Source of the DNA: Octopus sinensis
Lineage: Eukaryota
Reading direction: 5' to 3'
Length of the DNA: 64,000 nt
Assembly: GCF_006345805.1 (NCBI RefSeq)
Contig: NC_043006.1
Span: 7,440,001 to 7,504,000 of the forward strand
The notes below the pieces were generated by a model, which did no database searches, had not been told where the DNA came from, and saw only the letters and a program-made list of their open reading frames with translations. Positions 26,516-38,689 of the stretch are shown here, one piece after another; positions within the stretch are counted from its first letter, which is position 1, and each line of letters opens with the position of its first letter. The position numbers and the translations under genes were made by a program.

Positions 26516-26532
26516 CTACTGCGCTATGTATA

Positions 26533-27167
26533 TCTATATATATAAAACTGTAGTTGTGTGAGTGTCTGTCCCCTTCGATTTAGATTCCTAACTACTCCCA
26601 CATTTTGCGGTACAGTTTAACCAAATTCGGGTAGCTTATAGTCGTGATTCATATCGAGCCCGTCTGAATATTAGCGCGCGTCTACGATGAGTCTACGATT
26701 TAAAAATAATTTAACATCATTTTTTATTCCATTTTAATGCATAATTTTTCGTGTGTCGATGGCGGCGGAGTTGGCGTCCACGCTCACACCTGCACCTGTG
26801 GGGAAGGGAGTGTAAGGAAATCAACGTCGTAATGCGTCGTCAAGGAGACCAGTGTTCTTTTAGAACAACGACTTCATGGCTTGAAGACACCAAAACAGAA
26901 ATGGCTAAGAAAGCGTCTACATGAGTCTACGATTTAAAAAAAAATTTACCATCGTTTTTTTCCATTTTAATGCATTTTTTCGCTATTATATAAGGGAAGT
27001 AACTCTCTAAAAATGTCTACGATGAGTCAAAGATTTAAAAAAAAAATTACCATCATATTTTTTCCATTTTTAATGCATTTTTTGCTATTTTTTGGCCATA
27101 ACTCTCTAAAAATGCTTATATAGTTATTTCCCTTACAAACCCGAGCAACGCCGGGCGATACTGCTAG
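26533..27167 (+). mobile_element. Non-autonomous Helitron, 635 bp, with internal subrepeats
   Basis: A|TCTATATATATAAAA start; CCCGAGCAACGCCGGG-CGATACTG-CTAG|T end; GTCTACGATGAGTC..TTTAAAAA..ATTTACCATC module three times. Confidence 0.85.
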
Positions 27168-27171
27168 TATA

Positions 27172-27230
<59 letters not shown>

Positions 27231-27378
27231 TTGTCCCCCAACATCGCTTGACAACCGACGCTGGTTCGGCAAACAAGACCGATAGAATAAGTACTAGGCT
27301 TACAAAGATTTCTTCGACTAAAGGTGATGCTTCAGCATGGCCGCAGTCAAATGACTGAAACAAGTAAGAGTAAAGAGA
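27168..27378 (+). mobile_element. SINE family A, 3' half
   Basis: (TA)(TG)n then TTTGTCCCCC..GACCGATAGAATAAGTACT..CAGCATGGCCGCAGTCAAATGACTGAAAC. Confidence 0.85.
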
Positions 27379-27704
27379 GAGAGAACACTCCGAATTTCTA
27401 GCCAGATTAACCTACCGACAGATACTAGTTTCATATTTGTTGCTACTTATCAAAGTACCATCCTCTATAAACGAGTACTAGACATCTAGATAATACAGAT
27501 TTGGTTTTGTTTGAATACTTATTCGCACATCTAAGTCTATTATTTTTGTTGATGTTGTTTTTTTAATGTTATTGTCGTTGTGATTAAATTCAACAAGTGC
27601 TTTGTCATAATATTGCATTTAAAATATCGGAAAAGTTGATTTAGGTAATATTGATTAATATTTGTTATTATTAGTTAACTCGTATGAAGCAGGAAGCTGC
27701 CATA

Positions 27705-28277
27705 CTCATCAGCACGCCAGGCAAACTGCTTAGTGGTATATTATCCGTCATTGAAGGTGGCGAGCTGGCAGAATCGTTAGGATGCCGTACGAAATGCTTA
27801 GCGGTATTTCGTCTGCCGCTACGTTCTGAGTTCAAATTCCGCCGAGGTCGACTTTGCCTTTCATCCTTCCGGGGTCTATTAAATACATAAGTACCAGTTA
27901 CGCACTGAGGTCGATATAATCGACTTAATCCGTTTGTCTGTCCTTGTTTGTCCTCTCTGTGTTTAGCCCCGTGTGGGTAGTAAAGAAATAGGTATTTCGT
28001 CTGTCTTTACATTCTGAGTTCAAATTCCTCCGCTGTTGATTTTATTTTTATATCCTTTAGGAGTCGATAAAATAAGAACCAGTTACGCACTGCGGTCGAT
28101 ATAATCGACTTAATCCCTTTGTCTGTCCTCGTTTGTCCTCCCTGTGTTTAGCCCCTTGTGGGTAGTAAAGAAATAGGTATTTTGTCTGTCTTTACATTCT
28201 TAGTTCAAATTTCTCCGGGGTCGATGTAATTGACTTACCCAACCCACGAAATTGCTTGCTAAAATTTGAAACCAATT
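27705..28277 (+). mobile_element. SINE family B composite: old head + head-body-body dimer + old body/tail
   Basis: GGTATTT motif recurs at 27735, 27803, 27991, 28176; B-box-like GAGTTCAAATTCC; ~186-bp period. Confidence 0.85.
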
Positions 28278-29328
28278 AGTTAAATAGGAGACAAATACTA
28301 AAGAAAAACTGTACAGAAACGAGTAACGCTCTCATTGTCCACAGTAACAAGAATTTTCTTTCCTCCTTTCCTTTCAATAGCACCAGACTAAATAAATAAT
28401 AGAGTCTAGTTATTTCAAATCATTCGAGTCATTGTGGTCTCCAGTGTTTAACTTAGTAATTCTGTTATTCTGTATTTAAATCATTTGAAGTCCATGTTCA
28501 GTGTTTATCTTTCACAGTGTTTATCTTTCAAGTGAAGTGCACGTATAAAACTTCGACTTTTTGCCAATGTTACATATTTATATTGTGTTATGTACTTCCC
28601 GTCTTGTAGTTCAATTCACATCACGATCCTTGATCTTGTATTCAGCAACAGCTTTTCTACCATTTATGTAAGCTATCTATCTATACTATAAGATGTCTGG
28701 TATACTAGCTGATAATTCAATACCTCAAGAAAGTATTTAAGACATGATTTTATCTATATTATCTCTTGAAAGCCATTAGCAAGGTAATACTCTATCACAT
28801 GTGCTAGACTGACTCCAACTTATGAGCATTTATATTGCAATTATCTATATAATCGTTGTCATCAATTAAAAATATAGCTGAGAAAATTAAGGTTTTTGTG
28901 CGTTCTTCAAATTAAAAACAAATGTGTAAGAGTCCCTTACACTAAGTGGAAAGACTTACATAATCTAATATTATTCAAGGAAACACTAATTCACTCTTGA
29001 GGTGTTTCAAATCTAAAAAGATCTCATTATGGAGCTCATACCATTATGATAAAGTGTCTTCAAACATTTCATCTAATTAACATCTCTGTAATTCATGAAT
29101 TGACTCTTGCTTCAGGGAGTTTGCTATTAATAACTGCATGGATAATACCAAACTTAATCTCCCACTATCTAATTCCATTTTAAGGGCTTTCATGGATGTG
29201 TATTTAAAGTACGGATCACCAAATTGAGATAATTTTCTAATCGGCCATTTTAATGAATTCAAGACCAGTAATTTCTCTTTTCATACTTACATATCCAGTC
29301 TGATGACCGGAAATGTGACACTGCACGA

Positions 29329-29371
<43 letters not shown>

Positions 29372-29535
29372 TATATATATTATATATATATATATATATA
29401 CCCATATATGCATGTATATATACATATATATGTAGGTATGTACATATATGTATGTATATATGCATATATTTATATATTATTTATATTATAATATGATCGA
29501 ACGCCACGCATCCTTTTCCAAGTATATATATATAT

Positions 29536-29629
<94 letters not shown>

Positions 29630-29631
<2 letters not shown>

Positions 29632-29920
29632 TGGCACTCCGTCGGTTACGATGACTAGGGTCCCAAGTGATCCGATCAACGGAACAGCCTGCTCGTAAAA
29701 TTAACGTGCAAGTTGGTGACCACTTCACAGACATGTGTACCATGAACGTAGTTCTGGAGAGATTCAGCATGACACAGAGTGTGATAAGGCTGGCCCTTTG
29801 AAATACAGCTACAACAGAAACAGGAAGAAAGAGTGAGAGAAAATGTTGGTGAATGAGGGCAGCAGGGTTTGCCACCAAGCACGCACCCCACGCCGGGGCC
29901 TCGTGGAGCTTTAGATATTT
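29630..29920 (-). mobile_element. SINE family C, 5'-truncated and diverged
   Basis: Homology to family C body and tail; tRNA head missing. Confidence 0.85.
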
Positions 29921-31613
29921 TGGTTCATATTTCCTTTTTCTTTAGTATATATGTTAGACTATAGTGTATATAGTACCAGTTACCTCTATAAGTGTTGAAG
30001 TTTGTATGTAGGTCAATCGATCACATATGACTGCACTGAATTTCTCAGAGATGTCATCTGTATGAAACATAGCTATTTTATCGCTTTTTGGCATCGAACT
30101 TAGAAATGGTTTCCTTAATGACCGTGTATATTTTTAATGCTCACCGATGATAATTTAGTGCTTTCTATCTCTTTCACTCTCGCCTCTATTAGAATTTTGC
30201 ATTGTATAAATAATATTGATCATATCCTTTATAATGTCCAATCATATGAGACTTTTGGTGAGTGCTTGTGTATCAGAAAGATTTTATACAATTACATTCT
30301 AAGTAACAAGGATGATTGATTCTGCACCTGGAATTCGTTACATGTCAGATGAATTACAAATGAATTACATTTGGTCAGTATTGCATTATGAAGCGTTAAA
30401 CGTAAAATGCTGGCCAAAGGATGAAGGGCAATCTTGATAGCTTTCAGAAATTGTTTAATGTCCACGTTTCACTCACACCTAAATACATGTTCCTATAGTT
30501 AGAAATAGAAAATGAAGAATTAATGTGTAAACATATATTTGATCAATATAATTTATGATTGTCCAAATATATAACTTCCTTTATAAACTTCAAATGATTT
30601 CCTTTATAAAATCGGTAGAATGAGAACAAAAGAAACTAAACCGCAGCTTATCGAAGCCTGTATTTGCATAAATTACAATAGATGAGGCATAATAATAACA
30701 ACAACCGCCACCATCACCCCGCCACAAAAAATTAAATAAATAAATAATAACTTCGGTAAGACACTTTCAATTCAATAAAATATTTCAGGATTCAATAGAA
30801 TTGTTCAACGAGAATATACAAAAGTATTTGAAATGTGTTAAAGTGAAGAGTTGCTGGAGCAGCTATTGTTATGGTCACTGTGTGTAAAGATTTTAAGAGA
30901 CCACGAAACCAAAGTGATACACGAAAATGAGAGTATGTCAAAGTGTCGAGAGACATGTGATTATCTTGAGGAAAACACCTGTCAGATATCGAAAAAAATG
31001 GAGGAAAACATGCGACGACCACTTCTTTAAAAACTCCTGTCAGGATTTACAGCAAAAAGTAAACACCAAAAATAATATGACAAACATAGAAGATACACGA
31101 CACTATTTAGGTATAAACATTTTCAACTCCAATGGGTACTAGTGAAATACTGAAGCCAGTGTACGGATGAGCAAAAAATCCCACTCGAAATGATAACTAT
31201 TGTGTAGATGTGAGAACCCACTATTATTCAATTAAATAGCTTTAGTTATTACCACTATCTACAAAGTTGTTTACTCACTAGATATAAAAAATACAGATGA
31301 ATCAATCAAGGTTTAGGAAACTTCAGAAGAATTATCATCTTTTCTTAAAAGAAAATACAACTCGATAGAGTTATTTCATATACTTGTCAATATAATTTAT
31401 CTTTATATTGCCTTTCCTTAAATAGTACATAGAAAATCAAAACCTATATATTAAGTGTTAAAGTTATAATCAACAATATGTTATCTAATGTTAATAAGAA
31501 TGTTTACATTGTATATGCGGGTGTATGGGTGTGTGTGTGTATATACGTATATATAGATATAAATAGATATATAGGGAGATATACAGAAATATATACATGC
31601 AAGCACATAAATG

Positions 31614-31655
<42 letters not shown>

Positions 31656-32516
31656 TCTACCAAAAGATAGTAACACACATATGCACCACACACAAACACA
31701 CAGTCATACACTATATATGTATATGTATATACTATGTATATTTCATGAATATTTTATTAGTTTCTCTAATTTTTATATGTATTTATATTGGTCTAAATGT
31801 TTATAAACTCCCTCCATATTACAAATCTCAAAATAACTTATAATCCCCAAATTACATTATCATAAGTTCTTCAGAAGAATATTAAATCATTTCATTTTTT
31901 ATAATGCTCGGTTTATTTGCTATAACTAATAACTCAACAGCAACTGCACACGTTCAGTCAGATTTAGATGTGTGTGCACACGCGTACGTGAATGCATGTG
32001 TTTGCATATGTGTCTATGTATACGTGTATATATATATATAAAAAAATAAAGGACCTTAAAAATATACTTTAATAAGTATATTTACAATTATGTAACCGGT
32101 TTCACACTTTCCAGCATGTTCAAAAGACGTGATGTATAGTACGTCATAGGATTATGACGCATTTTGTACATCTTATATTTAATGAGCGCTTGTCTTAGAT
32201 GATTTGAGAGGTACTTCTTTCTATTTGCCCAACAGTTCTAGCAGCAAAAGTAGGCTTTCTCTGAAGCAAACCATTCGTGATAAACACCCACGTAAGTTAT
32301 GGTTCAAAGAAATTCTATATATCCCCAGGGGTCTCTATATTTCTCTACTTTTCAAAATCATGAGAATTTTGAAGCACGCTAAGTAAATGGGAATAGATTT
32401 TCTTGGAGTGCATTTCAAACTTATTCTCTTTATCGTTGTACTTCTGTTCCTGTGTAGCATATAATAATACATACCGTGTAGGAGTTATATATGTGTGTGT
32501 ATATATGTATGTGTAT

Positions 32517-32560
<44 letters not shown>

Positions 32561-32649
32561 TGTGTATATATGTGTACGTATGTTTGTGAGTGTGTCTGTG
32601 TGTACATACGAATGTGTATAAATATAGATAAATACACGCGCAGGCAGGT

Positions 32650-32703
32650 AGACAAACCGACAGATAGATAGCTTATAGATAGATAGATAGATAGATGGAT
32701 AGA

Positions 32704-32739
<36 letters not shown>

Positions 32740-32789
32740 TAGATAGATAGCTAGATAGATAGCTAGATAGACAGAGATAGATAGATAAA

Positions 32790-32883
<94 letters not shown>

Positions 32884-32894
32884 TAGATAGATAA

Positions 32895-32975
<81 letters not shown>

Positions 32976-33001
32976 TAGACAGACAGATAGATAGATATAT
33001 T

Positions 33002-33030
<29 letters not shown>
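32650..33030. repeat. (GATA/GACA)n microsatellite
   Basis: Direct inspection. Confidence 0.95.
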
Positions 33031-33032
<2 letters not shown>

Positions 33033-33406
33033 CTTCTTCATATTTGGATTGTGGTAAAAATCCAATGTAATGCGACATAGCATATACGTGTATATAAAGC
33101 CATATATACCTATGGATGAAAGTGGTTGAATCTGTTTGTCTACGTATATAATAATGTCATTTAGCATTTCCAGTTATCGTCTGTTTGTTAAATGTTTTAA
33201 GCATGCCGTGTTGTAGCTGAGTGAAACCTTTAATTATTACTTGTAGATCCAACCTAATTTCTATTGCTTGTACATAGTCAACTCACTCGCAGATAGCCAA
33301 CTATTTGTAAAGCGACCTTTGTAAGGCGACCTTTGTAAGGGTAAAAGTCCACTGGATTGCTACATAGTCCGAAGCCTATGTATTTCAAAGAGTCAAGCAT
33401 CTTGTT

Positions 33407-33943
33407 TCACGCGAATATTAACTCGGCAGGAGACTTTACTGAACTTATATTCGGATTGGGCGTTACTCTATACACCCTCGTGAACTTTGTTAGTGCTTGG
33501 TCATTACTTACATCATTCCTTGCTTGTTTTAAAGCTCGCTTAGAAGTATCAACGAACCTTTCTACCAGCCCGTTTGAACTCGGATGGTAGGGCGGGCTAA
33601 AAATATGCTTTATCGAATGTAATTTGTAGAAATTTTTGAATTCACTACCCGCAAATTGTGTTCCATTATATGATACCAATGTGTCTGGAACACCGTATCA
33701 GGTAAATAATTTATACAAGAACTTTATTGTTGTCTTTGCGGTTGGTTTATTGTACTTGCATACCTCTGGCCACTTTGTACCGCTATCAACAACGATTAGA
33801 TAGTATACGCCGGTCACCGGTCCGGCGTAGTCGATATGTACCCTGGACCTCGGACTATCCGTCTCAGGGCATGATTGGTGGTGTAATGCCATGATGAACC
33901 GTGAAGTCTGGCGTAGCATGGTAAATTTCATTGTCTCGACCAC
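33407..33943 (-). pseudogene. Gypsy integrase core, disrupted
   Basis: RVHIDYAGPVTGVYYLIVVDSGTKWPEV...VSYNGTQFAGSEFKNF...SPPYHPSSNGLVERFVDT. Confidence 0.9.
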
Positions 33944-34399
33944 GATCGAACAATGATGATGATGATGGTGCTTTGTCTGTTAGCGCAGAACCTATGTAGG
34001 ATTTTACGCAATTTTAACTGTCCTGCTCCACTGTTGGCCAATATACATAACTCATCATTAAAGCCTTCATTCCCGATTTTCCCGGGTGTCCACAGGGGAA
34101 ATCCTGCAATACTCGTTTCTATGATGCAGTCAGTACTACTACGCTTTGCGCGTACATTAAAACATCGTCGCATAGTGAAAATTGATTCGATTTTGTATTT
34201 TAATTTCGCTTATTTTTCAACATGTCTTTCGATCTAGTAACGTAATTATCCTCTGCGGATGTCATTTTTCTATTATGCGCTGTCGCTGACAGTTCGTGAA
34301 CAAAATTACACATAATACTATTCATTTTCACTTTATCTCGCATCGGTTCCGCATTCTTGGGAATTAGTCTCAATAAATAGTTCGCATGACCAATTTTTC

Positions 34400-35550
34400 G
34401 ACGGAATTTACTGCATTTTAAAATTGTAGCTTAGCAATATTGTACCCCGGCGTTGTAGTCCGTTCGTTATAAGGGTAGGCAATCCAAAGTGAGAGTAATG
34501 GTCGATGATTGGTGTGTAGCAAAAAACCCTCTATTGTGCAGATTCTACTGTGTAAGATTCTTTTACCGCAAAAATAATCGATAGAGCCTCCTTCTCTATC
34601 TGACTATACCTCTCTCTCTGACTATACTTTTTTCCACTGTTATCAGCGAACGTGAATCATGGACTACTGGCTTCATATTTCCATCTTTATACTTGTGTAG
34701 CAAGACTGCCTCTATTCCATCATCCGAAGCTACGACAATGTCCGTTTCAGGATCAAAATGCGCGAGTGACAAATAAGAAATTAGTAGTTTTTCTTATCTC
34801 TTCGAACGCGTTTTTACACTTTGCCGACCAATTCCATTTTACTTCTTTTATCAATAAATCGTTTAATGGTGCTCTCAATTTATGCATATTAGGAAAGAAA
34901 ATTTGATAGTAATTCATTAGCCCATGGAGAGCTTGTAATGTCACAATGTTATGTGGGGGAGGCATATCTTTAGCTGAGTCTGCCCTCGACGGGTCTGGAC
35001 ATCTATTTTTATCAATAATTTGTGCTAAGTAATTGATTTTTGGCAAAAAGAACTCACATTTCACCTCACTCAGAATGAACCCGTAGTCTATTATTTTTCA
35101 AACACAGCTTTTATATGCCCAACAAACATGCTGTTCACGCGAATTACTTTTAATCACTACGTCATCAATGTATGGAATTGCGAATTGACAGACCGCCAAA
35201 ATCGCATCCATAACTTGTTGAAATATTGCAGTGGCGACCTTCAGACCAAAAGGCAATCTATTATATTTGTACAATTCTGCGTGTATTTACTTTTAGAAGT
35301 TTTGAGCATTCCTCTTCAAACTTTATTTGCAAATAGGTCTCAGGCAAATCCAATTTTGAGAATATTTTGCCACCACTTAATATTGCAAAAATATACTCTG
35401 GAGCAGAAAGTGGATAGTGAAATGTCAATAAACCGCCATTCAGACCTGTAGAAAGATCGGCACATAGCTTTTTGTATATACACACAATAGATGCTGCCCG
35501 TTTCGAGTAATCCACACTCTTCATCTTGGTTTCTTATTGTAGCGAACGGT
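34400..35550 (-). pseudogene. Gypsy RT/RNase H, disrupted
   Basis: LSAPEYIFAILSGGKIFSKLDL, KCEFFLPKINYLAQII, KLRAPLNDLL..WNWS.KC..AFE. Confidence 0.88.
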
Positions 35551-35562
35551 ACTTTTCTATTG

Positions 35563-35935
35563 TGGAGGCGCAATGGCCCAGTGGTTAGGGCAGCGGACTC
35601 GCGGTTTCGATTCCCAGACCGGGCGTTGTGAGTGTTTATTGAGCGAAAACACCTAAAGCTCCACGCGGCTCCGGCAGGGGATGGTGGTGATCCCTGCTAT
35701 ACTCTTTCACCACAACTTTCTCTCACTCTTACTTCCTGTTTCTGTCGTACCTGTATTTCAAGGGGCCGGCCTTGTCACTCTTTGTGTCACGCTGAATATC
35801 CCCGAGAACTACGTTAAGGGTGCACGTGTCTGTGGAGTGCTCAGCTACTTACACATTAATTTCATGAGCAGGCTGTTCCGTTGATTCGGATCAACCGGAA
35901 CCCTCGTCGTCGTAACCGACGGAGTGCTTCCATCC
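35563..35935 (+). mobile_element. SINE family C inserted in Gypsy pol, 12-bp TSD, small head deletion
   Basis: TSD ACTTTTCTATTG at 35551-35562 and 35936-35947. Confidence 0.93.
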
Positions 35936-36265
35936 ACTTTTCTATTGGACTTGAATACTGGCACAGCGTTTTCCTTTTATTGAAAACATGCGTCAGTCTT
36001 TTTACGCAGACCTAATTCATCCGATAGTACTTGACGAAACATCTTTTTTAATTGTTCCTTCAATTCCCCAGACAGCTTATTTTTATAGGGACAACCAATT
36101 ATGTTTTTACAGTAGAAACTTATGGGGAGATCGCATAAATCAAATCACTCCCACCAGTTCCTACCAAACACATGGGTTGCGTTCTTTACGATGAAAACCT
36201 TCGCTTTACAAGTTTTTCTTCGAAATGTGACATCCTTCCACATTTCGCCTACAAAATGTAGTTTG

Positions 36266-36466
36266 TCATCCGTCACGCCATGTGCAAGTTTCATTGCTTT
36301 TCTTAACATAGTTCGCTCTGTTTTCCTCCACGTGTCGGTCGGTGTTAATGATTGAAATGTTGCTACCTGTATCCAGTTGTAATTTAATATTTACTCCGTT
36401 TACTTTTACGTGTATAAATTTCCTTATTTGGGAGTCGATTTTACTTTCTGGTTGCGAGCACTTCAA
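36266..36466 (-). pseudogene. Gypsy aspartic protease remnant
   Basis: VKVNGVNIKLQLDTGSNISII. Confidence 0.85.
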
Positions 36467-36908
36467 ATTTTTTTACATTTGACTGTTGTACTTTTGTTCT
36501 TCAGTGTGAACTCTCGTGTCCAAATTTTTAACAACTATAACAGTTTTGGTTTTAAGAAAGAACAATCTTTTCTGAAATGTCTCCACTTCCGCAACATAGA
36601 TTACGACCTTGGAATCTTCGTTGGTTGTACTTTCTCGGTCGACATAACTGTAGTTTTGCGAATTTTTCTCACGTCGTGTTTCTTACGTCGTTTTCTTACA
36701 TCATCTTTCTTAAGTCGTGTTTTAGGTTTACCATCCTTTGACACACTTCTGCAACAGTTTGCAGGGTTAAATCTGGTTTCGCCTGTTCATGTTTTGAAAG
36801 AATTCTTGAGCGTATTTCTGTACCTTCATTTGCGTCAAGGCCTTGTACAAAAATGAGGCAGTTAAACATTTTACGAGTACATTCTTTAAGTTTAAAACTT
36901 TCACACAT

Positions 36909-37316
36909 GGAGTGGCTGTGTGATAAGTAGCTTGCTAACCAACCACATGGTTCCGGGTTCAGTCCCACTGCGTGGCATCTTGGGCAAGTGTCTTCTGCTA
37001 TAGCCCCGGGCCGACCAATGCCTTGTGAGTGGATTTGGTAGACGGAAACTGAAAGAAGCCCGTCGTATATATGTATATGTATATATATATGTATGTGTGT
37101 ATTTGTGTGTCTGTGTTTGTCCCCCTAGCATTGCTTGACAACCGATTCTGGTGTGTTTACGTCCCCGTCACTTAGCGGTTCGGCAAAAGAGACCGATAGA
37201 ATAAGTACTGGGCTTACAAAGAATAAGTCCCGGGGTCGATTTGCTCGACTAAAGGCGGTGCTCCAGCATGGTCGCAGTCAAATGACTGAAACAAGTAAAA
37301 GAGTAAAAGAGTAAAG
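36909..37316 (+). mobile_element. SINE family A inserted in Gypsy gag
   Basis: gag reads ..YAGTVNR| insertion |CESFKL.. across it. Confidence 0.92.
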
Positions 37317-37830
37317 AATATTCTGTTGACTGTTCCCGCATACATAATAAAGCCATCATCCTCTCTTTTAGTTAAATTCCAGCACTTCATTCGAGTGTTA
37401 AATAGAGACGGTTTATCACCGAACATATTAGACAGTAATTTGATTGTTACATGAAAACAAACTTCACTAGACTTTTTGGGCAAATGAAATTACAGTATCG
37501 TTCATGCTCAGGGAGAGCTAATTTAGGTAATGACTAACTTTTTGTAAGTCAGACTATGGTTTGCAATATTCCTTAAAAATCTTCTCGTACCTTCTATAGT
37601 ACGCTGCAACAATCATACCCTCCTCTGGGTTATAACTGAATTATGTTATGGAGTCCGATACGCCGTCTGGCGAAAACGAGCTTAATGCATTTTGGGACTT
37701 CTTGTTGTTGTTGCTGTACTAGTTGCTTCTGCAACTCCTGTTACTGTTCATGTTGTTGACTTTGTAACAGTGTTATAGAAGCTAATATGTCTTCCATCAT
37801 TTAACATGTTGTTAAATAACCTACGTGAGC

Positions 37831-37850
37831 TTCGAATCCCTCCGTCTCCA
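37831..37850 (-). promoter_or_regulatory. Primer-binding site of the Gypsy element
   Basis: TGGAGACGGAGGGATTCGAA 2 nt inside the LTR end; TGG start and GGGATTCGAA are complementary to a tRNA CCA end and T-arm; tRNA identity not established (Ser-like guess). Confidence 0.75.
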
Positions 37851-37852
37851 AA

Positions 37853-38136
37853 TGTCGGGATACCAGCATAATATTGCGACGGATGGTTTAGATAAACTGT
37901 ACCATTGCAGTAACAGTAAACTAGATAACGATGCAGCTGTAATAACAGTGTAGCGATGCAACACTCTCTTCACGAATCAACAATCTATATTCGAAACGAA
38001 GTAACACACTAACAGTTTTCGACTGCACTACGAACTCAACTCGACATAACACCCAAACTTCACTCCGACCGCTACTATTTACAATCACTCGGTCCAGTCT
38101 ATTTCTCGCAAGGGTGATGGCGTGACTCTCATTACA
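37853..38136 (-). repeat. 5' LTR (284 bp, TG...CA)
   Basis: Starts TGTAATGAG, ends TCCCGACA immediately before the PBS; outer end abuts a (CA/TACA)n tract. Confidence 0.75.
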
Positions 38137-38241
38137 ACACATACATACATATATGTACATACATATATATATGTATACACACACATACACGCATACACAC
38201 ACACACACATACATTCACACACACACACACACACACACACA

Positions 38242-38420
38242 TGATAGATCGTTAGTCACTACACACATTTTTCTCTCCTTGTTTCTCTCCTTCTTTTTTT
38301 TCTGTGTTCCTTTCTGTAGAAGAGCGCAGGCTCGAAACGTAACAGACTTTTTCTGTTCCTGAGCGTTATATTAATACATCTGTTTGTTTTGTACACCACC
38401 TCTCTTCTTCTTTTGTTTTT
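38242..38420 (+). mobile_element. Short TA-associated repeat with hammerhead-like variant motif
   Basis: CTGTAGA-A-GAGC-GCAG-GCTC-GAAACGT-A at 38314-38341; homologous to 12860 and 43621. Confidence 0.7.
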
Positions 38421-38453
38421 TTCGTAAACTGACCCTATATATATATATATATA

Positions 38454-38513
<60 letters not shown>

Positions 38514-38548
38514 TTGTATGTAGGCATTGCGAGACTTATAACCTAGTG

Positions 38549-38590
<42 letters not shown>

Positions 38591-38689
38591 TTCAGAACCA
38601 ATTGTTAGTGGAGCTCGAAGCGGTAATAAGAAAATAAGATGACTAATCAGAAGTTCGTCAGACAATCGTCCGAATTTGGCGATATTATT

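Larger units (their letters stand above)
33390..38136 (-). mobile_element. Decayed Ty3/Gypsy LTR retrotransposon (Mag/K02A2.6-like), 3'-truncated, interrupted by two SINEs
   Basis: Order on minus strand: LTR, PBS, gag (MFGDKPSLFNTR..., FNCLIFVQGL, CCHC-like remnant), protease (LQLDTGS), RT (FSKLDL..YLQI; KCEFFLPKINYL), RNase H, integrase (RVHIDYAGP, VSYNGTQF, YHPSSNGLVERF); no 3' LTR found. Confidence 0.92.

Noticed and set aside
27803-28200. Regularly spaced ~186-bp repeats as a CRISPR-like array
   Set aside because: Units are whole SINE bodies with no unique spacers; eukaryotic context
29295-29326. CAGT-CTGATGA-CCG-GAAA-TGTGAC-ACTG next to (TA)n; opposite strand also has a GTAAGT donor
   Set aside because: Stem I pairs but there is no stem II and no NUH; the micro-exon reading lacks an acceptor tract
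30842-31030. Open frame SEELLEQLLLWSLCVKILRDHETK...
   Set aside because: No start or splice support; only a vague resemblance to RT motifs
31160-31200. CGGATGAG...CTCGAAATGATA motif
   Set aside because: Core mutated and stems do not pair convincingly
33080-33390. Expected 3' LTR of the Gypsy element
   Set aside because: No match to 37853-38136; element is truncated
35563-35630. tRNA-like sequences with A and B boxes (all SINE heads)
   Set aside because: Continue into SINE bodies with tails and TSDs; no complete cloverleaf, so not tRNA genes
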